Assembly (NCBI GenBank): GCA_016787745.1
Contig: JAEUUB010000786.1
Location: forward strand, 1 to 50,317
DNA: 50,317 bases
From: Cyclobacteriaceae bacterium
Lineage (GTDB): Bacteria; Bacteroidota; Bacteroidia; Cytophagales; Cyclobacteriaceae
Reading direction: 5' to 3'
Part shown: positions 9,358-20,272 of the stretch, piece by piece
How positions within the stretch are numbered: the first letter of the stretch is position 1
Layout: each line of letters starts with the position of its first letter
Translations under genes and position numbers: made by a program
Notes under the pieces: generated by a model
Databases searched by the model: none
What the model was told of the DNA's origin: nothing
The model's input: only the letters and a program-made list of their open reading frames with translations

Positions 9358-11027
9358 TGCGTTTTAACAGTAAGAAAGCAGGTGATTTGTTGCTGCTGGC
9401 AAACGGTTTGGTGCTGGTGGTGCTCCTTAATTTACTAGCCTCATTTTATTTTTTCCGAATTGATCTTACAGAAGAGAAACGCTATGCGATTCAACCACAA
9501 ACAAAAGCAATATTAAGTGAGTTAGAGGATGTGGTTTTCGTTGAGGTTTTTTTGGAAGGAGAGGACTTGAATCCCGAGTTCAGAAGATTTCAAAAGTCTA
9601 TCCGTGAAACATTGGAAGAATTCAGAATGCACGCTAACAACCGGATACAATATGTATTTACCGATCCGTTGCAGGCCGGAAGCGAGAAAGCGCGAAATGA
9701 ATTTATTTCAGAGTTAAATGCCAAAGGGGTTAGTCCTCGCAATGTTATTGAAACCCGGGATGGCCAACGGGTGGAAAAATTTGTTTTTCCCGGAGCCTTA
9801 ATTACTTACGAAGGTTTTGAGACAGGCGTCATGCTGTTAAAAGGAAATAGGGCGCAAAGTATTAATTCATCCATAGAAGGAATAGAATATGAGTTAGCGA
9901 ATGCGATCTATAAACTAAGCAATTCCGATCGTAAGCGCGTGGGTGTTATAACAGGTCATGGCGAACTGGATAGTCTTCAGTTTGCCGGATTGAATAATGC
10001 GTTGTTGGACCAATACGATGTGCATAAGGTTTCGTTGTTCGCAAAAACCCGGATTCCCAATTACGACTTATTGCTTGTAGCCAAGCCTACGCGTTTTTTT
10101 TCAAATCAGGAGAAGTACACACTGGATCAGTACCTAATGAAAGGGGGTAAAATTCTTTTTTTGATTGATCGGCTGGATGCTGACATGAGTAGGGCGTCTG
10201 AAGAAGATTATTTTGCTTTTCCGTATGATCTTAATCTGGAGGATCAGTTGTTTAAATATGGAGTTCGGATTAATCCGGATTTAATTCAGGATCGGGTTTC
10301 AGGGAAGTATCCGATTGTAATCGGAGGGGATCGGAATCAACCTCAGATTATGCAACTCGACTGGCCGTTTTTTCCGTTGGCTAATCAGTATGCCCAACAC
10401 CCCATTACCCGAAATCTTGATGCTACTTTATTAAAGTTTGTTAGTAGCATTGATACGGTAAAAGCTGTTGATGTAAAGAAAACGCCCATTCTCTTTTCAT
10501 CTCAATACTCGCGAAGAGTTTCGGCACCGGTGAAGGTTGGGGTGAATGATTTGAGAAGACAAATGCAGGAGGATGTCTTTGAGGCGGGCCGGATTCCGGT
10601 GGCATATTTACTCGAGGGTAACTTCACTTCGTTATTTAAAAACCGGTTTGCTCCGGATGGAGTTGATACAACAGACTTCAGGGAGCGGAGTGTTGCAACA
10701 AAAATTATTGTTGTTGCCGATGGAGATGTGGCCCGGAATGATGTTAATCCCCGCGATAATAGCCCACAACCTCTTGGGCTCGATCCCTTTACACATTATA
10801 CATTTGCCAATCAGGATTTGCTAATGAACATGATCGCATACATGGTTGAAGAGAATGGTTTGATCAAGGCCAGAAACAAAGAGATAAAAGTGAGACCATT
10901 AGATAAAGAGAAAATCCGAAATAGATCGTACTGGCAGGTAGTTAATTTGGCTTTGCCCATGATTCTAATGATTGTATTTGGGCTTGTTCGGGCCTATGTT
11001 CGTAGAGTAAAATACACCCGCTTCTGA
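9351..11027 (+). CDS. gldG: Gliding motility ABC transporter substrate-binding protein
   Basis: RIDLTEEKRY, GHGEL, DQYLMKGGK, VVADGD; N- and C-terminal TM helices. Confidence 0.92.
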   Translation: MVMRFNSKKAGDLLLLANGLVLVVLLNLLASFYFFRIDLTEEKRYAIQPQTKAILSELEDVVFVEVFLEGEDLNPEFRRFQKSIRETLEEFRMHANNRIQYVFTDPLQAGSEKARNEFISELNAKGVSPRNVIETRDGQRVEKFVFPGALITYEGFETGVMLLKGNRAQSINSSIEGIEYELANAIYKLSNSDRKRVGVITGHGELDSLQFAGLNNALLDQYDVHKVSLFAKTRIPNYDLLLVAKPTRFFSNQEKYTLDQYLMKGGKILFLIDRLDADMSRASEEDYFAFPYDLNLEDQLFKYGVRINPDLIQDRVSGKYPIVIGGDRNQPQIMQLDWPFFPLANQYAQHPITRNLDATLLKFVSSIDTVKAVDVKKTPILFSSQYSRRVSAPVKVGVNDLRRQMQEDVFEAGRIPVAYLLEGNFTSLFKNRFAPDGVDTTDFRERSVATKIIVVADGDVARNDVNPRDNSPQPLGLDPFTHYTFANQDLLMNMIAYMVEENGLIKARNKEIKVRPLDKEKIRNRSYWQVVNLALPMILMIVFGLVRAYVRRVKYTRF

Positions 11028-11029
11028 TT

Positions 11030-11968
11030 ATGCTTGGAAGGCGAAATTTGATCTTGCTTGTTTCACTGGGTATTCAAATCTGCCTTTGTGCAGTCTTATT
11101 GGTTTTTACAAATCAAGGCACCACACTGGCTATAGATAAAGACCTTTTCAAAGTATCAGACCAGACTGAAATAGATAAGGTGCTTTTAATGGGGTCAGCA
11201 AAACCTTTTGAACTGGCTTATGATGGATCCAAATGGGTGGTGAATAATTCGTTTGAAGCAGACCGGCAGTTGGTAACGATTTTTTTTGCAACGCTTATGC
11301 AGGCAGAACCCAAGCGGCCCGTTGGCGAGTTACTGAAAGATTCGATTCAAGAACATATCTTAAAGAAAGGTACACATGTTAAACTATTTGAAGGAGAAAA
11401 TCTGGTAAAGGATTTTTGGGTGAGTGGCAACGATAGAAAAACTGAGACCTATTTTCTTCTTGAAGGAGACAATGTACCCTACCTGGTAACCATTCCGGGG
11501 TATAGACTTTACGTGGCTTCCCTTTTTGAATTACCTGATACGGAATGGCGTGATAAACGCATCTTCAATTTTAGATGGGAAAACTTTAAGTCGCTGACAG
11601 CCTCTTTTACAGGAGATACAAAAGAGAATTTTACAATTTCTTTTCAAAATAAGTATTTCGGAATTGAAGGTTTAGCGGATTCGGACACTACCAAATTGAA
11701 CGATTATTTGGATGCGGTTTCCCTCATTAAAGGCAGCCGGTTTCTTTCTTCGGGCGAGTCGTCAGTATACGATAGCCTGTCTCAAACTGCACCTGAATTT
11801 ACTATTGTAGTAACAGACATTGCCAACCGAACGTATGAATTGGAAGTGTTTCCGGGTGTCCCTTCAAGAATCGAGATTTTAGGGAGATTGAACCGCGAAA
11901 TATTAGTTGTTTTTGATCGGCAGCAGATAGCCCGAATTGCTCGAAAAAGACACTATTTTGGAAGATAG
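11030..11968 (+). CDS. DUF4340-like protein associated with the gldAFG operon
   Basis: N-terminal anchor, PYLVTIPGY..WRDKRIF motif, position directly after gldG. Confidence 0.7.
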   Translation: MLGRRNLILLVSLGIQICLCAVLLVFTNQGTTLAIDKDLFKVSDQTEIDKVLLMGSAKPFELAYDGSKWVVNNSFEADRQLVTIFFATLMQAEPKRPVGELLKDSIQEHILKKGTHVKLFEGENLVKDFWVSGNDRKTETYFLLEGDNVPYLVTIPGYRLYVASLFELPDTEWRDKRIFNFRWENFKSLTASFTGDTKENFTISFQNKYFGIEGLADSDTTKLNDYLDAVSLIKGSRFLSSGESSVYDSLSQTAPEFTIVVTDIANRTYELEVFPGVPSRIEILGRLNREILVVFDRQQIARIARKRHYFGR

Positions 11969-12049
11969 CCCCTTCCTTTCTTACATTTTTCAGATTGGTT
12001 TTTCTTTATAACTTTACCGCCCAGTAAAACCACAAACCACTGATTTACA

Positions 12050-13174
12050 ATGAAGTTTATTGTTAACTCCAGCTACCTCCTTAAGCAGCTTTCTAACATC
12101 AACGGGGTAATTACCACTAACCCAGTTGTGCCCATACTTGAAAATTTTCTATTTGAGATCGATAAAAGTAGCCTCACGGTTACCGCTTCGGATCTGCAAA
12201 CTTCTATGATTACTGAAATTACAGTTGAATCTAAAGAGAAAGGAAACATTGCAGTTCCTGCCAGAATCCTTCTTGACACGTTAAAGAACTTGCCAGATCA
12301 ACCCGTAACATTTTCGATTGATGAGTCAACCTACAGCATTGAAATCAGTTCAGACAATGGTCGCTATAAGCTGGCTGGAGAAAATGCAACTGATTTCCCT
12401 AAGGTACCTTCCGTATCGAATGATTTTTCGGCCACTATTTCTTCCGAAGTGCTGGCACGGGCTGTAAACAATACCATTTTTGCTACCAGCAGCGATGAGT
12501 TACGACCTGCCATGACCGGGGTGTATGTGAATTTAGGTGAAAAGAACACAACTTTCGTAGCTACGGACGGACATCGGTTGGTACGCTACCGCAGAACGGA
12601 CATCAAATCCGACAATGGGAACTCCATCATTATTCCACGTAAAGCTTTGAATTTATTGAAGGCCACGCTGCCTACAGAAAATACTGATGTGAGTATCGAC
12701 TTCAACATGTCCAATGCGTTTTTCAAGTTTGGAAACATTCGCATGATTTGCCGCTTGATTGATGAACGATTCCCTGATTACGAAAATGTAATTCCATCCA
12801 CCAATCCGATTAAGATGACCATTAGTCGCACGGATTTGTTGGGTTCGCTAAAGCGGATTTCCATTTATGCGAATAAGACAACGCACCAGGTCAGACTTAA
12901 GATTACAGGTAGCGAACTTCAGGTTTCGGCCGAAGATCTGGATTTTTCCAACGAGGCAAATGAACGTCTTTCCTGCGAGCATGAAGGGGAGGATATCGAG
13001 ATTGGATTCAATGCTAAGTTCCTGATCGAGATGCTAACCAATCTGGATACCGATCAGATTAAACTCAATATGTCCGCTTCCAACAAGGCAGGCGTTATCT
13101 TCCCTTCAGAAAAAGAAAAAGGGGAGGATATCCTGATGTTGGTAATGCCGGTGATGCTGAATCAATACGTGTAG
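12050..13174 (+). CDS. dnaN: DNA polymerase III beta clamp
   Basis: LRPAMTGV, VATDGHRL, RLIDERFPDY, IGFNAKFL, C-terminal LVMPV. Confidence 0.97.
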   Translation: MKFIVNSSYLLKQLSNINGVITTNPVVPILENFLFEIDKSSLTVTASDLQTSMITEITVESKEKGNIAVPARILLDTLKNLPDQPVTFSIDESTYSIEISSDNGRYKLAGENATDFPKVPSVSNDFSATISSEVLARAVNNTIFATSSDELRPAMTGVYVNLGEKNTTFVATDGHRLVRYRRTDIKSDNGNSIIIPRKALNLLKATLPTENTDVSIDFNMSNAFFKFGNIRMICRLIDERFPDYENVIPSTNPIKMTISRTDLLGSLKRISIYANKTTHQVRLKITGSELQVSAEDLDFSNEANERLSCEHEGEDIEIGFNAKFLIEMLTNLDTDQIKLNMSASNKAGVIFPSEKEKGEDILMLVMPVMLNQYV

Positions 13175-13195
13175 TTCACGCATCTGGAAAATTTG

Positions 13196-13223
13196 AAAGC
13201 CCCGCTAAAAGCAGGGCTTTTTT
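13196..13223 (+). terminator. Intrinsic terminator between convergent dnaN and accC
   Basis: AAAGCCCCGCT-AAA-AGCAGGGCTTT hairpin running into a T tract. Confidence 0.75.
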
Positions 13224-13238
13224 GTTGGAGGTTGCTTC

Positions 13239-14588
13239 CTACTTCAACTCGTCAAAATCAAACGAGGTTTCTAAGAACTTAGTTGTGAATTTGCCTGAGC
13301 GGAATGTTGGATTGTCCATCAACTTTAAATGAAACGGGATGGTGGTTTTTACGCCCTCAATAATAAATTCACTCAAGGCGCGTTTCATCCGGGTAATCAC
13401 TTCCTCACGCGACTGACCGGTAACAATCAACTTTCCGATCATCGAATCGTAATTGGACGGAATGGTGTAGCCGGCATAAACATGACTGTCAATGCGTACG
13501 CCATGGCCACCGGGTTTGTGGAGGTTTATTATTTTACCGGGAGAAGGTCGAAATCCATTGGCAGGATCTTCTGCATTGATGCGGCATTCCATGGCAAATA
13601 AGTTGGGATAATAATTAGTGCCAGAAATAGGAACACCAGCCGCTACCTTTATTTGTTCTTTAATAAGATCGTAATTAGTTACTTCTTCGGTAATAGGATG
13701 TTCCACCTGAATACGGGTATTCATTTCCATGAAATAAAAGTCCCCGTGCTTATCCACCAAAAATTCAATTGTTCCTGCCCCTTCGTAGTTAATTGCCTTG
13801 GCACCTTTTATGGCAGCCTCGCCCATACGCTCGCGCAATTCCTGACTCACAACCGGAGAGGGGGTTTCTTCAACTAATTTCTGATGTCTCCTTTGTATGG
13901 AGCAATCGCGTTCAGACAAATGACAAACCTTACCGTATTGATCACCCACCACTTGTATTTCAATGTGTCGCGGTTCTTCAACAAATTTCTCGAGGTAAAG
14001 ACCATCGTTTCCAAACGAGGCTCCTGCTTCGCGCTTGGCATCGTCCCATGCCTTTTTGAATTCTGTCTCATTGTTAATAATGCGCATTCCCTTTCCACCT
14101 CCACCCGCTGTAGCCTTTACAATTACAGGGTATTTTATTTTTTTAGCCAGAGCTAGCCCTTGTTCAACAGACTCAAGCAATCCTTCCGATCCGGGAATAC
14201 AAGGCACTCCTGCCTTAATCATCGTTTCTTTCGCAGTTATTTTGTCTCCCATCAACCGGATCATTTCCGGGGTTGGACCAATAAATTTTATACCATATTC
14301 ATGGCAAACGGACGAGAACTCAGCATTTTCTGATAAAAATCCGTAGCCAGGGTGAATGGCATCGGCATTGGTAATTTCTGCGGCAGAAATAATTCGAGGT
14401 ATGTTGAGATAAGATTCTTTGCTTGGTGCGGCTCCGATACAAACGGCTTCATCGGCAAAGCGAACATGCAGACTTTCTCGATCGGCTGTAGAGTACACCG
14501 CTACCGTTTTGATATCCATCTCCTTGCATGTACGAATCACGCGTAATGCAATTTCGCCACGATTAGCAATCAATATTTTTTTAAACAT
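13239..14588 (-). CDS. accC: Acetyl-CoA carboxylase biotin carboxylase subunit
   Basis: [52 protein letters not shown]. Confidence 0.97.
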   Translation of the reverse strand: MFKKILIANRGEIALRVIRTCKEMDIKTVAVYSTADRESLHVRFADEAVCIGAAPSKESYLNIPRIISAAEITNADAIHPGYGFLSENAEFSSVCHEYGIKFIGPTPEMIRLMGDKITAKETMIKAGVPCIPGSEGLLESVEQGLALAKKIKYPVIVKATAGGGGKGMRIINNETEFKKAWDDAKREAGASFGNDGLYLEKFVEEPRHIEIQVVGDQYGKVCHLSERDCSIQRRHQKLVEETPSPVVSQELRERMGEAAIKGAKAINYEGAGTIEFLVDKHGDFYFMEMNTRIQVEHPITEEVTNYDLIKEQIKVAAGVPISGTNYYPNLFAMECRINAEDPANGFRPSPGKIINLHKPGGHGVRIDSHVYAGYTIPSNYDSMIGKLIVTGQSREEVITRMKRALSEFIIEGVKTTIPFHLKLMDNPTFRSGKFTTKFLETSFDFDELK

Positions 14589-14673
14589 AGGGTTTATTCA
14601 AAGTTGAAATTTCAATCCAGAAATATAAGATCAGTCCCGGCTGATATATGTTCAGAATTCGAATTCGCTCAAA

Positions 14674-15228
14674 TTAATCAGGCTCTACAACAAATAGAAT
14701 CTGATCGTATTCTACGGGTGAGGAGTTTTCCACCATTGCCTTTACAATTGTTCCGGAAACTTCAGATTCAATCTCGTTGAAGAGCTTCATTGCTTCAATG
14801 ATACAAACGGTCTGGCCTTTAGTTACCTTATCACCAACTGAAATAAGGGGCGGTGAGTCAGGATTGGACGATCGATAGAAGGTTCCAATCATGGGCGATT
14901 TAATTTCTACCGTAGTTTTGGCAGCAGCGGCCTTTTCAACTTTGGCTGGGGCCGACACCACCGGTGGAGCTTGTGTTGTTGAAGGAGCGGCCACCGGAGC
15001 AGTCATAACATGTGTTGGCGAAGATGACTTAAGCACCTTTTGATCCGGCTCGCGTTTAACGTGGATCTTAAGCTCTTTGGTTTCAATATCCACTTCGTTA
15101 AGGCCCGATTGAGCAATAAAGTCGATGAGGTCTCTAATTTCAGAAGTTTTCATTTCGCTTTGTTTTTTTGCTTCAGATGTTCCAGCAGTACTGGTTGATT
15201 TTGAGGTGATACTCTTTTTTGTTGCCAT
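14674..15228 (-). CDS. accB: Biotin carboxyl carrier protein (alternative start at 15153)
   Basis: KSPMIGTFYR, EAMKL biotinylation motif, Ala/Pro-rich linker. Confidence 0.95.
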   Translation of the reverse strand: MATKKSITSKSTSTAGTSEAKKQSEMKTSEIRDLIDFIAQSGLNEVDIETKELKIHVKREPDQKVLKSSSPTHVMTAPVAAPSTTQAPPVVSAPAKVEKAAAAKTTVEIKSPMIGTFYRSSNPDSPPLISVGDKVTKGQTVCIIEAMKLFNEIESEVSGTIVKAMVENSSPVEYDQILFVVEPD

Positions 15229-15233
15229 GATCT

Positions 15234-15797
15234 TTATTTAACCCGTTCTACGTATTCCCCGGTATCGGTCTTAATCTTAATATTATCTCCTGTGTTTACA
15301 AATAAAGGTACCCGAATTTCAGCACCGGTATCGATGGTGGCCGCCTTAAGAGTACGAGTCGCTGTATCGCCTTGTATACCTGGTTCTGTGTATGTAACAT
15401 TAACAACTACATGAGAAGGAGGTTCAGCGGTAATAGGAGAGGTGCCATTTTCAAAGGCAATTAAAATAGTTACACCTTCTTTAATATATTTTACAGAATC
15501 GCCAAGCAATACCTTATCCAGATAGACCTGTTCAAACGTAACATTGTCCATGCATACAAGGCTATCTCCATCCTGATAGAGGTATTGATACTCTTTTGTT
15601 TCAACGCGTAGTTGATCTACCGAATCTCCGGGCCGAAAGCGATTCTCTACGATTTTACCTGTTCGTACACTTCTCATTTTTACCTGGTAAAACGCACGCA
15701 AATTGCCGGGTGTGCGATGTTGAAGTTCTTCGATTTGAACGACTTCACCGTTGTACCGGATATAGTTGCCTTTACTCAGATCAGAAACTGTTGCCAT
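15234..15797 (-). CDS. efp: Translation elongation factor P
   Basis: YQYLY..D, TEPGIQGDTA, VPLFV..GD, TGEYVERV; tip loop reads TPGNLR. Confidence 0.93.
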   Translation of the reverse strand: MATVSDLSKGNYIRYNGEVVQIEELQHRTPGNLRAFYQVKMRSVRTGKIVENRFRPGDSVDQLRVETKEYQYLYQDGDSLVCMDNVTFEQVYLDKVLLGDSVKYIKEGVTILIAFENGTSPITAEPPSHVVVNVTYTEPGIQGDTATRTLKAATIDTGAEIRVPLFVNTGDNIKIKTDTGEYVERVK

Positions 15798-15870
15798 AAA
15801 AAAAATCAGACTTTAATTTACAAATGAATTGATTAATTACAATTTTCTAAATATGAGCGGTAAGTTAACG

Positions 15871-16866
15871 CTAGCTGTTGTAGGCCCACTTTACATAAAC
15901 GGAACCCCAGGTAAATCCGCCACCGAAAGCAGCCATTAACAGGTTATCGCCCTTCTTTAGTTTCTTTTCAAAATCCCACAGCAAAAGGGGAATGGTACCC
16001 GCAGTCGTATTGCCATACCGCTCAATATTCATAAGTACTTTTTCTTCACTAATTCCTACGCGGCTTGCGGTAGCATCGATAATCCGTTTATTAGCCTGAT
16101 GGGGCAAAAGCCAATCAATAGTTTGAGCTGTGAGTTTATTTCGTTCGGCCACCTGTGCGGCCACTTCGGCCATGTTGGTTACTGCAAATTTATAAACCGC
16201 GGCACCCTCCTGATAAACAAAGTGCTGTCGGGCATCCACAGTTTGTGAGGAGGCAGGCATTCGGCTGCCCCCGGCTTTCATATGCAAATACGATTCGCCA
16301 CCGCCATCACTCTTCAAAATCCAATCCATTACTCCTACATCTTCGGTGGTAGGTTCTAATAGCACACATCCGGCACCGTCTCCAAATATGATACATGTCG
16401 TGCGATCTGTGTAGTCAACGATGGCCGACATTTTATCGCCCCCAATCACAACCACTTTTTTGTAAACACCGGATTGAATGAAGCTAGCGCCCGTAGCCAA
16501 AGCATAAATAAAACCAGAACAAGCGGCTCCCATATCAAAACTAAAAGCATTGGTTGCACCTATCGAAGTGGCAACAATGTTAGCGGTAGCCGGAAAAGTC
16601 ATATCGGGAGTAACCGTAGCAAAAATAACCAGATCAATTTCTTTGGGATCGATTTTGGTTTTGGCAAGCATATCCTTGACAGCCGCTATGCCCATGGTAC
16701 TAACTCCTTGGTTTTCACCTTTTAAAATTCTCCTTTCCTTAATGCCGGTTCGGGTGGTTATCCATTCATCGTTGGTTTCCACCATGGTTTCAAGTTCCTT
16801 GTTTGTAAGAACGTAGTCAGGGACGTACCCTCCTACACCTGTAATCGCGGCTTTTATTTTACTCAT
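15871..16866 (-). CDS. fabH: 3-oxoacyl-ACP synthase III
   Basis: [41 protein letters not shown]; probable start MSKIKAA at 16866. Confidence 0.95.
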   Translation of the reverse strand: MSKIKAAITGVGGYVPDYVLTNKELETMVETNDEWITTRTGIKERRILKGENQGVSTMGIAAVKDMLAKTKIDPKEIDLVIFATVTPDMTFPATANIVATSIGATNAFSFDMGAACSGFIYALATGASFIQSGVYKKVVVIGGDKMSAIVDYTDRTTCIIFGDGAGCVLLEPTTEDVGVMDWILKSDGGGESYLHMKAGGSRMPASSQTVDARQHFVYQEGAAVYKFAVTNMAEVAAQVAERNKLTAQTIDWLLPHQANKRIIDATASRVGISEEKVLMNIERYGNTTAGTIPLLLWDFEKKLKKGDNLLMAAFGGGFTWGSVYVKWAYNS

Positions 16867-16899
16867 AATAGATAGAGGCAGTTTGGTTCGCCATGTACT

Positions 16900-16935
16900 A
16901 AAAAAACAAATGCCCGATTGAAATTTCAATCGGGC
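16900..16935 (-). terminator. Terminator-like hairpin between rpmF and fabH
   Basis: Perfect 24-nt palindrome GCCCGATTGAAATTTCAATCGGGC (16912-16935), followed on the minus strand by ATTTGTTTTTTT. Confidence 0.65.
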
Positions 16936-17027
16936 TTTCAATTATACGTACGTTAACTCCTTTGCTTGTCGTGCTGACAGACAAAACTGAAATTAATTTT
17001 AAACGTAAAGGATATGATCATGGCGTA

Positions 17028-17219
17028 TTAAGCCAATACTTCCTTCTCCATCACCACATTGCCTTTGTAAAATAACTTTCCTTCATGCCAGAAAGCACGA
17101 TGGGGCAAGTGGTTCTCTCCCGTTGTAGGACATACCGCCATTTGTTTAGCTGTAGCCTTGTAATGAGTTCTTCTCTTATCTCTGCGGGTTTTCGAGGTTT
17201 TTCGTTTTGGATTTGGCAT
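17028..17219 (-). CDS. rpmF: 50S ribosomal protein L32
   Basis: [21 protein letters not shown]...HLPHRA. Confidence 0.96.
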   Translation of the reverse strand: MPNPKRKTSKTRRDKRRTHYKATAKQMAVCPTTGENHLPHRAFWHEGKLFYKGNVVMEKEVLA

Positions 17220-17233
17220 AACCTGTTCTTAAT

Positions 17234-17746
17234 TTATTTTAACTTTTTTAACTTTTCCCACCGTGGGTCTATGTTCTCTTTTTCTTCCTTATCGGCAGAT
17301 GTGCGGTAAATAATTTTTATTTCATTCTCGTCTTCCTCGGGTTCATCTTGAAATCTGGGATGAAGCTTCTTTATCGGAATTGCAAGGGCAATGAATTCAT
17401 ACATAAACTGCCCTACATCAATGTTATCCTGATCGCGGGTGATGATCACAATCTCATCACTTACTTCTTTCGCTTCTTCACCATATTTGAATACAATCTT
17501 TCTGGTTTCCTGGATACTATAATCAAAAGGCTCTAATGAGCGATCACACACCAAAGAGGCTTTGCCAGAAATGCTAAATTCAATCTCAATGAACGTTTCC
17601 CTTTTGTCTAAAAAAATCTTTGCATCAAAATCTCCACCCGAAATCACCTCTTTCCCATACTTTTCAAAAAAGCCGTTGGATAGCTTAAAATCGAAAATAT
17701 GGGCCTTTTTGCTAAGCCCGATGATATTGATGCTAAATTCTTTCAA
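17234..17746 (-). CDS. YceD/DUF177 family protein
   Basis: CDRSLE and C-terminal DPRWEKLKKL; directly upstream of rpmF. Confidence 0.92.
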   Translation of the reverse strand: MKEFSINIIGLSKKAHIFDFKLSNGFFEKYGKEVISGGDFDAKIFLDKRETFIEIEFSISGKASLVCDRSLEPFDYSIQETRKIVFKYGEEAKEVSDEIVIITRDQDNIDVGQFMYEFIALAIPIKKLHPRFQDEPEEDENEIKIIYRTSADKEEKENIDPRWEKLKKLK

Positions 17747-17772
17747 CCCTGAGGGTTTTTAAAATGAGCGGG

Positions 17773-17780
17773 CAAATTTA
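17773..17780 (-). promoter_or_regulatory. -7 promoter element (TAAATTTG) for yceD-rpmF
   Basis: Exact TAnnTTTG match upstream of the operon. Confidence 0.55.
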
Positions 17781-17862
17781 CCAGTATTTATTGGATTTAC
17801 GGCTCTTAGCCCCGATAATTTTGAACTGGCCATAATTTTCCTATCGAAATCAGGACATTTTT

Positions 17863-18249
17863 TTACCAATACTGAGCAAAGGCTACAGTTTTTAATTCAG
17901 AAGCCGCTTTTTTCCCCAAATTCTCTACCAGGTAATCGACAACATTTTTTTTGAAACCTAATTTGATGGCAATGCTCTTCGTAAAAATGACCTCACTTTC
18001 AAAAACCTTCTGGTCGGCAAAAATCAGCTCTATACAATCCATTAAATAGTCGAATTTCTGCTCGTTAGACAGCGCACCAAGCGTATCAATCGGCTCGGGA
18101 TTGCGGATTAACTGGTTTACTTCTTCTTCAGAAAACTTTCGATCCTGGGCAATCTTAAGAATCATTTCGCGCTCCGCTTTAGCGAAATGTTTATCAGCTT
18201 CTGCTAATTGAATGAGAATATTTAGTTTCTTTTTGGTAACAATATCCAT
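17863..18249 (-). CDS. TerB-like protein
   Basis: Two helical repeats, LAEADKHFAKAERE and LIFADQKVFESE..IAIKLGF. Confidence 0.75.
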   Translation of the reverse strand: MDIVTKKKLNILIQLAEADKHFAKAEREMILKIAQDRKFSEEEVNQLIRNPEPIDTLGALSNEQKFDYLMDCIELIFADQKVFESEVIFTKSIAIKLGFKKNVVDYLVENLGKKAASELKTVAFAQYW

Positions 18250-18337
18250 TTCACGCCTCTATGAAATTCAAATCTAACATTAATTGCTTTTTTAATGGGG
18301 CAAAGATGTTGACCGGTTAAAAAATCATGTAAGATTT

Positions 18338-19366
18338 TTAGCTTTCTACCAATTGTAATCTCCTATTCTTAATTATTTCGCTAGCAACATACATGGCTTG
18401 TCTCATAGAACTTTCGCTTGCCAGATTCTTGCCGGCCAAGTTATAGGCGGTTCCATGATCTGGAGAGGTTCGCACATGGGGTAAGCCCGCTGTGTAATTG
18501 ATGCCCGACTCGAAAGAAATTGTCTTAAACGCCACCAGGCCTTGGTCATGGTACATTGCAATAATTCCATCGAATTTTAAATGTTGGCCCGATGCAAAAA
18601 AACCATCGGCAGGAAAAGGCCCAAAAATTAATTTTCCTTTTGTTTTAAGGTCCTGAATAACGGGTTTTATAATCTCATTTTCTTCATTCCCTAAAAGACC
18701 TTCATCACCGGCATGCGGATTTAACCCTAACACAGCAATTTTTGGTTTACTGATAATGAAATCCTTTTTCAAAGTCAGTTCCATTAATCGTATTTTAAGT
18801 TCCACGCGCTCGCGGGTAATGAATGAGGGAATTTCTTTAACCGGAATGTGCTCAGTGACCAATCCAACTTTAAGATCCTGACCTACCATCAGCATCAAAC
18901 TTTCGCCCGCATTAAACTCCTGAGTCAGATACTCTGTGTGCCCCTGGAACGGAAAATCTTCTCCATGAATTGTATTTTTATCGATAGGGCCAGTCACAAA
19001 CCCATCGATGAACCCAGCTTTAACCTCTTCAACCGCACTCTTTAAACTCAACAAAGCCGCCTTTGCTGTGTTACGTGAAGGTTGGCCTGGATTGATTTCA
19101 ATCATTTCATCCCAACAATTAACTACATTTATTGTTTTGGCAAAAAATTGCCCCTTGGTTTTAACAACATTGTAATTGAAGTCCTCGAGGTTCATTAGCT
19201 TTCTGTAAAAAGAAAGGGCTTTGGTAGAACCATAAATAACAGGAGTAATGAGGGTGTGAAGTCGATGATCAGACAATGCTTTAATGATTACCTCCGGGCC
19301 AATGCCGTTAAGGTCGCCAAGAGTTATTCCTATGCGTGGTTTATCTGAAGGATGAGGTTGAGTCAT
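18338..19366 (-). CDS. pdxA: 4-hydroxythreonine-4-phosphate dehydrogenase
   Basis: GDLNGIGPE, GHTEYL, LNPHAGD, AMYHDQG, RTSPDHGTA. Confidence 0.96.
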   Translation of the reverse strand: MTQPHPSDKPRIGITLGDLNGIGPEVIIKALSDHRLHTLITPVIYGSTKALSFYRKLMNLEDFNYNVVKTKGQFFAKTINVVNCWDEMIEINPGQPSRNTAKAALLSLKSAVEEVKAGFIDGFVTGPIDKNTIHGEDFPFQGHTEYLTQEFNAGESLMLMVGQDLKVGLVTEHIPVKEIPSFITRERVELKIRLMELTLKKDFIISKPKIAVLGLNPHAGDEGLLGNEENEIIKPVIQDLKTKGKLIFGPFPADGFFASGQHLKFDGIIAMYHDQGLVAFKTISFESGINYTAGLPHVRTSPDHGTAYNLAGKNLASESSMRQAMYVASEIIKNRRLQLVES

Positions 19367-19489
19367 GAAATATATTTTTGAATTTTTACGTCACTCGCAA
19401 TTTAGTGTAATTTTCTTGTTTTGATTTTATACTTCGTAGTTTGGTGAAATTTTGAACAATCCTCAACCGATCCAAATAAAGCTGGAGCT

Positions 19490-20272
19490 ATGGTGCGACC
19501 TAAAAAACATCTTGGTCAACATTTTTTAAAGGATCAAGCCGTTGCATTGCGGATCGTAGAGGCTCTTAAACTTCCTGAAGAAAGAAATGCAGTTATTGAG
19601 ATAGGCCCAGGAACAGGTGTGCTTACGCAATTTTTGCAAAACAAGGATTCAGTGGATTTAACGCTGGTGGAGATTGATCGGGAATCAATCGTCTATTTGA
19701 AAGAGCATTTTGCAGGTCTAGCGAATAAAATTGTTGCGGGTGATTTTTTAAAACTTGATCTCAAAGCACAATTTGGGAGGGATCTGCATATCATTGGAAA
19801 TTTTCCTTATAACATCTCATCGCAGATTTTCTTTAAAGTGCTGGATCACCGGTCGCAGGTAAAACAGGTGGTTTGTATGTTGCAAAAAGAAGTAGCCGAT
19901 CGTATTGCAGAGAAACCTGGAAGTAAAACGTATGGCATTCTTAGTGTTTTGTTACAAGCATACTACACTATTGAATACCTATTCAAAGTTCCGCCCGGAG
20001 TTTTCTTTCCGCCACCCAAGGTAATGTCTGCGGTAATCCGGTTAACCCGGAACAACATAACCAAGTTGGAGTGTGATGAAGTGCTCTTTAAAGCAGTGGT
20101 TAAGCAAGCGTTTCAAAACAGGCGTAAGACCTTGCGCAACGCATTGAAAGTTTTAAATTTGCCTGCCTCTCTTATGAGTCATCCGCTTATGGATAAGCGC
20201 GCTGAACAACTGGGGGTAGAACAATTTGTTTTTCTCACAAAACAATTAGAAGATTTTCGTGGAACCCATTGA
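19490..20272 (+). CDS. rsmA: 16S rRNA m6,2A dimethyltransferase
   Basis: KKHLGQHFL, EIGPGTG, GNFPYNISS, PPPKVMS, RRKTLRN. Confidence 0.96.
   Translation: MVRPKKHLGQHFLKDQAVALRIVEALKLPEERNAVIEIGPGTGVLTQFLQNKDSVDLTLVEIDRESIVYLKEHFAGLANKIVAGDFLKLDLKAQFGRDLHIIGNFPYNISSQIFFKVLDHRSQVKQVVCMLQKEVADRIAEKPGSKTYGILSVLLQAYYTIEYLFKVPPGVFFPPPKVMSAVIRLTRNNITKLECDEVLFKAVVKQAFQNRRKTLRNALKVLNLPASLMSHPLMDKRAEQLGVEQFVFLTKQLEDFRGTH

Noticed and set aside
16867-16941. N-terminal extension of FabH in the ORF track
   Set aside because: It runs through a terminator-like palindrome; FabH similarity begins at MSKIKAA (16866).
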